Origin: Amoeboradix gromovi X-113
Taxonomy: Eukaryota; Fungi; Sanchytriomycota
Length of the DNA stretch: 8,748 bases
Direction of reading: 5' to 3'
Assembly: GCA_018985225.1 (NCBI GenBank)
Contig: JADGIF010000427.1
Coordinates: 1 to 8,748, forward strand
Each line of letters begins with the position of its first letter. Within the stretch, counting starts at the first letter, position 1. The notes under the pieces are model-generated. The model was not told where the DNA came from, did no database searches, and was given only the letters and a program-made list of their open reading frames with translations. Positions 1 through 7,001 of the stretch are shown piece after piece. The position numbers and the translations under genes were made by a program.

Positions 1-1
1 C

Positions 2-166
2 TTAGATGCTCAAAGACCTCATATATTTGAAAGAGATGCAGGGTCTTCTAGTTTTATTTTGAAAAGAGGAATACAATCAATGAGAGAATCTTGGTATAAC
101 AGAAGAAGATCTTTTATTAACGATAGCATTCCTCCGTATGGAGCACCTCCTTTAAAAACGAGTTAG
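2..166 (+). CDS. 3' end of an unidentified protein-coding gene (partial, runs off the left edge)
   Basis: Stop-free frame from base 2 (LDAQRPHIFERDAGSSSFILKRGIQSMRESWYNRRRSFINDSIPPYGAPPLKTS) ending in TAG at 164-166, 60 nt before the next gene, which matches local spacing. No family recognised. Confidence 0.55.
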   Translation, partial: LDAQRPHIFERDAGSSSFILKRGIQSMRESWYNRRRSFINDSIPPYGAPPLKTS

Positions 167-226
167 TCTAGTTTTTATATTTGGTGTCCCAAACAATATT
201 GAAGATATATTTTTCAAAACAATATA

Positions 227-580
227 ATGTCCACGATTGCCACTTTACTAGAAGCTGAAAAAGAAGCATCAAAGATAGTACAACAAGCTCGTCAATATCG
301 CGGAGAAAGATTAAAGCTTGCCAGGGTAGAAGCTCAGAAAGAAATTGAGGATCTTAGAAAACTTAAACAACAAGAGTTTGATTCTTTTACTAATTCCATT
401 CAGGGAGATGCTGCGTATGGGAAAAAACTGGAAAAGAGCACTGAACAAGAAATTAAGATGTTGAGTGCAAACTATGATCAAAATAATAGTAAGGCGGTTG
501 AGCGATTATTGCAGCTAGTTACAGATGCTGAAGTGAAGTTGCACCCAAACACAGATATATATTTGTCATACTTTAAATGA
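227..580 (+). CDS. VMA10: V-type proton ATPase subunit G, intronless, 117 aa
   Basis: N-terminus IATLLEAEKEASKIVQQARQYR...RLKLARVEAQKEIE and C-terminal V...LHPN match the Vma10/ATP6V1G family; length is typical. Confidence 0.95.
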   Translation: MSTIATLLEAEKEASKIVQQARQYRGERLKLARVEAQKEIEDLRKLKQQEFDSFTNSIQGDAAYGKKLEKSTEQEIKMLSANYDQNNSKAVERLLQLVTDAEVKLHPNTDIYLSYFK

Positions 581-588
581 TTAGGCAA

Positions 589-594
589 AATAAA
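589..594 (+). terminator. Putative polyadenylation signal of VMA10
   Basis: AATAAA 8 nt after the stop codon. Confidence 0.55.
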
Positions 595-614
595 TTCATT
601 TCGTTTTAAAATAT

Positions 615-2259
615 ATGGCCTCCACGCTAACTGACTCTGATATTGAAAAACATTTAGAACATCTTTGTGAGATAGTTGGCAAACAAGCTAAGGAGATTGT
701 ACTATTACAGAATAAGCTAAGCAGCTCCTCAACTGAATTTATGGAAGGAATTAAGGATTTAGAACTCATTATCAGAAGAGAGCAAATAGATATGCATCTT
801 AAAATAAGTGAGATTAAAAGCAAAGTCATTCTTGATTTAGAAGTGGAAGTCGAAAAGATTATATCGAAGAAACTACAGGAACTACAAATCTCTCATCAAA
901 CTTTATACCGTGAACACAACCAGTTAGCTTCAGATGTTACTGAATTAGTAGATTGCTTTGAGAAGTCTTTAAAAATGGAAGACGAAGAAGCTACGACTCC
1001 AGCTTTAGACCAGAATAACCAACATTCTTCAACTCAGAATCAAAAGCTTGCGAAAATTGGAAACGACATTGTCGAGATCCATTATAAAACAAGTAACCCA
1101 ACCAGTAATACACCTGATAGTTTAGCTTATTTTCAGAGCGAGCTAGGAACCATGAATGCAAATATATTGGGTATAAAGGATGATGTTGTGAAAATAGGGA
1201 ATGCAAGTGAAAATGATTATCAGCTTCTAAATTCTAAGCTTTCAAGAGTAGAGGAATATATTGGAATCAGGTATTCGTCAAACGACAGCATTATGGTTAA
1301 CTTGCAAAATGTATCAAAATCTAAACGGTTCTTGGATATAGAAACAAACGTTGCAGAGAAGCTTCAGACTAAGGTTAGCTTTGATGATTTAAGCGAAATA
1401 CTAAAAACTGCTGTGAGTATAGAGTCTTTGGCTCTTGTAGAACGAAACGTACTTCAACTCTCCGAAAAACTTAATTTAAAATCTGATGTTGCTGATACAA
1501 ACAACGTACAGAACACAATTAAAGATATGGAGTTAAGCATATTAAAGAAAGCAGATTTAAATCTTCTAGCCGAAAAAGAGAAACTTATTCAGACTAGAGT
1601 GAGTATGATTGAAGAATCGTTGAAAGACCAACTATTAAATTTTAAAAAACAATGCTTTTCAAAAATTCAAATTTTAATAGAAAATTTCAAAAACAGACAG
1701 GAAAACTATACAGACGTAGTAGGTATAGTACAAGAAAACGTAATGAACGAAATCGGACAGCAATTGTATCAAATCAGCGTTCAAGTTTCAGAAATAAAAT
1801 CACTGAATCTAAGCAAACCTATAGAGGCTATTTACATATGGAGAAGCGGTCAGCTATTTCAAAACTGCATAGTATGGGATTTTGAAACTTTAAACTCCGC
1901 TGAAACCTTAATAAGCTGGAATCCAGGTTCCTCTCATATTGTTTTTAGCGAAGCAGGGATCTACTCATTGTCCATGGCCTATTTTACGACTCATAAACCG
2001 CTAGTTAAAGTTATGTTGAATGGAGAAAAGCTGTTTACTATTGTAAATTCGCCGACTTTTGTAATTAAAATTAATACAGGTAATAGGACATGACAGTGGG
2101 TACATCAATGACAATGGAAAGGTAAGAAGAGGGAGCAAAACTGGTTTGAGCGTAACTGAATATGTAAGACTGACAAAAAATTCAAAGTTAACGATCATGT
2201 ACCAAGGAAGAGAAAAGGACAAGAACGCCGAAGGGTTTCTGAGGATTTTTAGAGTTTGA
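615..2259 (+). CDS. Long coiled-coil protein with a C-terminal beta-rich C1q/TNF-like domain; exons 615-2060 and 2080-2259, 541 aa
   Basis: About 400 aa of L/I/E/K-rich helical sequence, then YIWRSG...VW...N...GIYSLSMAYF...VMLNGE. Removing the 19-nt GT-AG intron extends the frame with VIGHDSGYINDNGKVRRGSKTGLSVTEYVRLTKNSKLTIMYQGREKDKNAEGFLRIFRV to TGA at 2257-2259, followed by AATAAA at 2267-2272. The domain name is from recall. Confidence 0.8.
2061..2079 (+). other. 19-nt spliceosomal intron (phase 0), GTAATTAAAATTAATACAG
   Basis: GTAA donor, TTAAT branch-like motif, CAG acceptor. Removal bypasses the TGA at 2091-2093 and adds a 59-aa C-terminal exon. Confidence 0.85.
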
Positions 2260-2266
2260 AAAAGTA

Positions 2267-2272
2267 AATAAA
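2267..2272 (+). terminator. Putative polyadenylation signal of the coiled-coil gene
   Basis: AATAAA 7 nt after the spliced-frame stop at 2259. Confidence 0.55.
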
Positions 2273-2681
2273 ATCAATTTGTAACTGAAGTCAACTCAAG
2301 AACAAGGGCATCGGTACCTTAAAGTAAAAACGGTTGATCCTAACACAACTCTAACAAACAATAGTGCTTGCTCATCAAATATTGACAACATACACTGAAG
2401 CTTATACTTTTACGGATTATTTTGACGTTTGGTAAAGATGCCTAAGATAATCCTGGTATTTTAAATAGCTTTCGATTTCAAGTGAATAAAGCATTATCGC
2501 GATTACAGAGTTATATCGCTCCGATATACTCTCTTCTAGACTTGTCAAACAGAATAATCACTCGTTTTAACAATTGCATATGGTATGCCTTGCGATACAA
2601 AATCTTTTAAGTTATGAGAAATCGCCAGTGGACACCGAATACGCGCTTCCTCAATTAGAAATCGGTCGAAGAATTGCAAAA

Positions 2682-2695
2682 TAAGAGGCCTCTTA
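2682..2695. repeat. Perfect 14-bp palindrome TAAGAGGCCTCTTA
   Basis: Read directly from the sequence; self-reverse-complementary. Function unknown. Confidence 0.85.
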
Positions 2696-3177
2696 AACGA
2701 GAAAATTGATTTTTATTCAACTTACAATACATTCAGGAAAGACGTAGTATTCCAACCACCTCCTCAAAAGAGATCATCTATGAAGAAGTCAGAAAAGGTA
2801 ACATATGACAAATGATGGCAGAACTATTTCGCCTGGCTTTTAGGCGATAAGCCTTGAAGTACCCCTATAAAAACTAGTTAGCCTAGCCATTATAGCATAT
2901 GTCACATATTGTGTACCAGATGAATTCTTAGAGAGATTAGTTACTGTGAGTTACAGTGTATCACAAATTTGACCTCGATCCTTTCAGCGTTGCATGTGAG
3001 AATTACACTGCGCGACTGCTGAATATCATCAAAATGCCACTTGGAATATCTACTGTCTCTATTAGATGTGGAATGTCATTCAAAAAGAGATGGCGGCAAT
3101 CTGCCATTCAATGGAGACTCCAATAAGTTCACACTTTATTTTAAAGGTCGTCGTAACAAGAAACTTTTTTGTAACAA

Positions 3178-4447
3178 ATGACCAAAGTAGCTGTTTGTTT
3201 AATGGGTGGGCATTCGAAGGGAACACGATTTAGGCCGCTAAGTTTAACTACTCCTAAGCCTTTCTTCAGAGTTGGCGGACATTCTATACCAGAGTGGATT
3301 ATAAAAAGTACTAGCTTTGATAAGATCTATTTTATTGGCTTTTATACGCCTGATGAGGTAAATGAGCCATTGAAGAAGCTTAGTGCTAAATACAACATAA
3401 AATTAGAGTATTTAATGGAACCGGAAGGATTAGGCACAGCTGGCGGATTATTACATTTTCAGTCCGTAATTTTGCAGGATAATCCTGAGCAGATTTGCTT
3501 ATTACACTCAGATGTATTGTGCAGCTTTCCTATTGAAGATATGATGCTTGGCCATAAACACCATTTAGTGTCAATCCTAACCACCCAAGTTCTTGAGAGT
3601 GTTTCTACTCGTTTTGGGTGTCTTGTTATTCAAGAGGATAAGCTAATGCATTATGCAGAGAAGCCCGAATCTTATATTTCTAATTGGATTAATGGTGGTG
3701 TTTACATCATTTCTCCTAAATTGTTTAAATTACTACCCTCATACCATGATGAAGATTATTCATTAACCAGTCCAACAGCTTCACCGTCTAAACTGCGGGG
3801 TCTCAAGAAACTGAGTTTAGAAAGAACAGTATTGCCTCAACTGGCTGGTAGTGGAATGGTTCGCTGTTATAAATACGATGGATACTGGGCTCAGTTAAAA
3901 ACGGCCAATTCAGCTATTGCACTAAATACATTGGCATTACATACATTCAATGCTGACAAGCCAACTCATCAAGGTATCATTATGCCATGTTCTATACATC
4001 CTACTGCTCAAATTAGTCCTAGTAGTAAAATTGGGCCAAATGTCTCTATTGGTCCTAATGTATATGTAGGTGATGGAGTGCGTATTAGAGATGCTATTAT
4101 TGCAGAGCAAACTCATATCGATCCATATGCCTGCGTCATGCACAGTGTACTAGGCAAAAGCAATTTTATTGGAAAATGGGCTCGAGTGGAAGGATCCCCA
4201 CTGAGCCAAGTAGAAGTCAGCTTTGGTAATTTGAAAGCTTCAAACTTGGTGGGAAGTAAGGTTCCACTTAGTGATGAGAATAATTATGTAGTAAATGGAG
4301 TTAAACAGCAATCTGCTACTATTCTTGGTAACCCAAACTAATATAGCCGACGATGTACACGTAGCAAGTGAAGTAGTGGTACGTAATTGTATTGTTTTAC
4401 CCCACAAAGAGTTAAAGACAAATGTTCATAATGAGATCATCATGTGA
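3178..4447 (+). CDS. GMPPA: Mannose-1-phosphate guanylyltransferase, alpha (GMPPA/Mpg2-type) subunit; exons 3178-4327 and 4347-4447, 416 aa
   Basis: GGHSKGTRFRPLS...PKPFF (alpha-type 2-residue insertion in the Gly loop), LGTAGGLLHF, DVLCSFP, HYAEKPESYISNWINGGVY, hexapeptide repeats IHPTA/IGPNVSIGPNV. Splicing 4328-4346 restores the family C-terminus ILADDVHVASEVVVRNCIVLPHKELKTNVHNEIIM, ending in TGA at 4445-4447. Confidence 0.93.
4328..4346 (+). other. 19-nt spliceosomal intron (phase 1), GTAACCCAAACTAATATAG
   Basis: GTAA donor, CTAAT branch-like motif, TAG acceptor. Contains the in-frame TAA (4339-4341) that truncates the ORF. Removal joins the conserved NCIVLPHKEL motif in frame without an insertion. 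Confidence 0.92.
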
Positions 4448-4452
4448 TTAGT

Positions 4453-4458
4453 AATAAA
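4453..4458 (+). terminator. Putative polyadenylation signal of GMPPA
   Basis: AATAAA 5 nt after the spliced-frame stop at 4447. Confidence 0.55.
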
Positions 4459-4467
4459 TATAATTTA

Positions 4468-6024
4468 CTACAAATCGCTAAATAGCTGAAAACTAGATTT
4501 AAACGCGTTAATTGTCGTTTCATCTGCATCTGTCTGATAAGACTTGTAGGAAGCATTTAGTAATAGTCTGGATAGTCCACTATACCAGCGTAGCTCAACA
4601 ATACCTTGCAAAGCATTGTTAGTACGAGCATCCATACAAATGGACTCCAAGTACACTTTAAAGCTAGGACTATTGCAATGACTCAAGAAATTTATAGCAA
4701 ATAATTTGTTATCTATGTCAGGCTGTAGCAGTAAATCCTTGGCTACATCCTCAATTTGTTTTGTATTGGCAAAATGAGCGATAAAGGGTATATACGCAGC
4801 AGGAAATGTTTGAAATACAAGCACATTCAATAAAGTGCGTTTATTGTTGTTCAACTCTTCACAAATAACCTTTGCAACTATCGCCTTTGATGTATGATCC
4901 AAATCAAGAGTAGATTTCATAATCTTCTGGTAAACTGCACTTTCAACAATGTACATGTAATCAATGCAGGTTTTCTGTTTATTTTTCAGTTCCGGATCAT
5001 TTCTAAATGAGGAGTGGTTTATATATAAAATTATATCCAAATGCATTATAGCTCGCCTTAAACAAATAAGCAATAGATAGCAAGTATCCAGGTCAAATGT
5101 ATCAGACTGAAAGATAGAATAGTGAAGTGGTTTAACAATTTCGTCTTGGTCTGATCTCGGAATTAACCTTGAAAATGAACTTGAAATCGATAAATGAAAA
5201 CGGGTTAAAGACTGCTCAAAAAGAGCATTAGAATATGATGTGGTTGATATAGTTTGATATGGTTCGGACTGCAGAGGAATAGAAATGCTTTGCTTAAATT
5301 GAAATTGTTTATAATGGAGAGACTGCCTAAAAGCAGATTTTAGATTAATGGTACACTCATAATGAGACGAAAAGTACTCTTCAACATTTTTTGTAAACAG
5401 ATATGGCAAATGAGAAGAAAGAACGATCTTTATAGCTTTTAAGGTTTTCTTATCGTTCGAATACTCAACAAATATTTGTTGCAACTGCTTAAAGTCGATT
5501 CCACTTTCGATCCAGGATACATTAAATAACTTTTGAATGTTTATAGACTTTGACTCATAGCCATCTGCAATCAACTTTTGATTATGAAGAAAAGAAACAA
5601 TTGAAAGGTTAAAATTGCAAGGAGATTCAGAAAGTGACTGTATCGTACCTGATGCCAATGACAACGATTTGTCCAAAATCTTATCCATTAATGGAAATAA
5701 GCCATTTATGGGAACACTAGCTAATAATTGAAACAGCTCAGATGCTTGGCAAATTCTATGATCAAACAAGCAATTCAACAATGGCAAATCGAGATGCTGT
5801 ATTAGATGTGACGCAATCGAGTCTCTAAATCCAACCTGATCTTCAAACAACTCATCAATGATAGATGCCGAAACTTTCTTCTTTAATAAATCTTTTATTT
5901 TACCCATTTCTAAATAAGATAGCGCATCCATCCATTCTTTGCTATTTTTGATTAAGCTAACCATTTCGTCTGGTATCTTGACGATTTCATCCAAATGAGT
6001 TAAATTGTATTCAATGGAATGCAT
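4468..6024 (-). CDS. INTS2: Integrator complex subunit 2-like protein, divergent and shortened (518 aa)
   Basis: C-terminal blocks VESAVYQKIM, LLNVLVFQTFPAAYIP and LLLQPDIDNKLFAINFLSHC are collinear with recalled metazoan INTS2 blocks QDSAAVQILL, IAKLVHFQGYPCELLP and LIAQPELEKQIFAIQLLSHL. The ORF itself is secure; the identity is moderately confident. Confidence 0.7.
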   Translation of the reverse strand: MHSIEYNLTHLDEIVKIPDEMVSLIKNSKEWMDALSYLEMGKIKDLLKKKVSASIIDELFEDQVGFRDSIASHLIQHLDLPLLNCLFDHRICQASELFQLLASVPINGLFPLMDKILDKSLSLASGTIQSLSESPCNFNLSIVSFLHNQKLIADGYESKSINIQKLFNVSWIESGIDFKQLQQIFVEYSNDKKTLKAIKIVLSSHLPYLFTKNVEEYFSSHYECTINLKSAFRQSLHYKQFQFKQSISIPLQSEPYQTISTTSYSNALFEQSLTRFHLSISSSFSRLIPRSDQDEIVKPLHYSIFQSDTFDLDTCYLLLICLRRAIMHLDIILYINHSSFRNDPELKNKQKTCIDYMYIVESAVYQKIMKSTLDLDHTSKAIVAKVICEELNNNKRTLLNVLVFQTFPAAYIPFIAHFANTKQIEDVAKDLLLQPDIDNKLFAINFLSHCNSPSFKVYLESICMDARTNNALQGIVELRWYSGLSRLLLNASYKSYQTDADETTINAFKSSFQLFSDL

Positions 6025-6075
6025 CGAGACTGATACAACTTGACCCCATAAATTAAAGAAGAATAACTAGCTAAA

Positions 6076-6081
6076 TTTATT
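6076..6081 (-). terminator. Putative polyadenylation signal of CAF1, overlapping the stop codon
   Basis: GAA TAA A on the minus strand contains AATAAA. Confidence 0.45.
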
Positions 6082-6862
6082 CAGAATAACTTTCCAATCC
6101 GTACAAGTAACCATTAAAAGAATCCTCAATTTCTCCGTCAAAGTACACATCTTTAATTCTATGAAAGCATTGTGCTGTTAGCAAGCTATCGGAACCGGCT
6201 TGGTGCTGTATGCCAACTCGAGGAATCTTTATTTCGTCACCTAAATCTTGCAATCCACCTTTGAGATTCTTGCAATATCGCATCAAGTACTTAATGTCGT
6301 AGAAATTAGGGAAAAATATTTTCATTGAATCAAAGAAAGACTCATTATGTTTAGCTAATGGCGCGTCAGTCAAAACTTTAAGCAAGTAACCAATATCATA
6401 GCTAGCATGAAATCCAACCCACTTTACTTCATCGTTTAAAACAAGGCCAGAAGAAATTAAAAAAGATCCAAATTCCAATACACCGATTCCATATAAATCG
6501 TGTTTTGCAAAATTTAAGCCTGACTTTGTCAACAAATCAATACTTGACTGTGAATACATATCGTTTTCCAAGTTAAACTTAAAATTAAATTGCCAAGATG
6601 CTGGCAGTTTTGGATTATCATCATTTGGAGTTCTACCATCTTCATTGGTCAAAGTTATCCCCAGTTGTATAAGCTTTAAAAGGTCCACATTTAACCTTAA
6701 AGTTTGGTATTGAAAGTTCAATTGGGTTTCAAAATCGGCCAAAGGTCTTGCCACGGTACCTGGAAATTCAGTATCCATAGTCACATAAGGGTAGTCTTGA
6801 ACGAGATCCATGATTAGCTCAAGTTGTTCTTCGCAGTTGTAGCCAAATACTTCATGAATCAT
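6077..6862 (-). CDS. CAF1: CCR4-NOT deadenylase subunit CAF1/POP2 (CNOT7/8), DEDDh nuclease; first ATG at 6862 (the track's 6865 start is TTG)
   Basis: MDTEFPG, YQTLRLNVDLLKLIQLGIT, WQFNFKF, WVGFHASYDIGYLLK, LKGGLQ, HQAGSDSLLT. Catalytic DEDDh residues are intact. Confidence 0.97.
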   Translation of the reverse strand: MIHEVFGYNCEEQLELIMDLVQDYPYVTMDTEFPGTVARPLADFETQLNFQYQTLRLNVDLLKLIQLGITLTNEDGRTPNDDNPKLPASWQFNFKFNLENDMYSQSSIDLLTKSGLNFAKHDLYGIGVLEFGSFLISSGLVLNDEVKWVGFHASYDIGYLLKVLTDAPLAKHNESFFDSMKIFFPNFYDIKYLMRYCKNLKGGLQDLGDEIKIPRVGIQHQAGSDSLLTAQCFHRIKDVYFDGEIEDSFNGYLYGLESYSE

Positions 6863-6983
6863 CAAACCTATTTTGTTTCACCCTTGCATGGAAATAGGAG
6901 TATTTTTGAAAGCCAAGGGCTGCTACAAGATATTTAAAGTTACTTCATAGCAAGAGACGATATACTTAAGACGGCTCCATGAG

Positions 6984-6989
6984 TTTATT
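6984..6989 (-). terminator. Putative polyadenylation signal of ORC5
   Basis: AATAAA on the minus strand 12 nt after the stop. Confidence 0.55.
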
Positions 6990-7001
6990 AAAATCATGTT
7001 C

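Larger units (their letters stand above)
2260..3177 (+). ncRNA. Candidate structured non-coding RNA locus, identity unknown
   Basis: 918-nt gap with no ORF in the track, in a window where most gaps are 20-60 nt. Several hand-folded stems: 2414-2453, 2507-2532, 2829-2847, 2983-3023, 3055-3118. No complete snRNA, RNase P/MRP or SRP signature recognised. Confidence 0.3.

Noticed and set aside
596-2222. Track ORFs 596-829(-), 991-1206(-), 1652-1885(+) and 2001-2222(-)
   Set aside because: Short shadow frames overlapping the coiled-coil gene, with no recognisable motifs.
2398-2425. U3 snoRNA-like 5' end (AAGCTTATACTTTTACGGATTATTTTGA, similar to boxes A'/A)
   Set aside because: No recognisable C', B, C or D boxes at the expected downstream distances.
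2580-3107. Small frames in the gap: 2580-2684(+) 34 aa, stop-free 2618-2815(+), a 34-aa minus ORF from 3107, and an 18-nt GT-AG candidate at 2944-2927(-)
   Set aside because: No recognisable protein, and the tiny-intron joins I tried hit stops quickly. A decayed gene cannot be fully excluded.
2332-3160. Functional 18S or mitochondrial SSU rRNA gene
   Set aside because: Universally conserved 530 loop, ACACCGCCCGT and helix 45 are missing.
3358-3375. In-frame 18-nt GT-AG candidate GTAAATGAGCCATTGAAG in GMPPA
   Set aside because: The encoded residues are needed to keep the family spacing between the FY and YL motifs, and it lacks the YTAAT consensus.
2061-4346. Pseudogene, programmed frameshift or stop readthrough as the explanation for the two broken ORFs
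   Set aside because: Both breaks coincide with same-length GT-AG segments sharing a consensus, and the downstream exons are intact. Splicing is more parsimonious, though a 1-nt indel is not formally excluded without reads.
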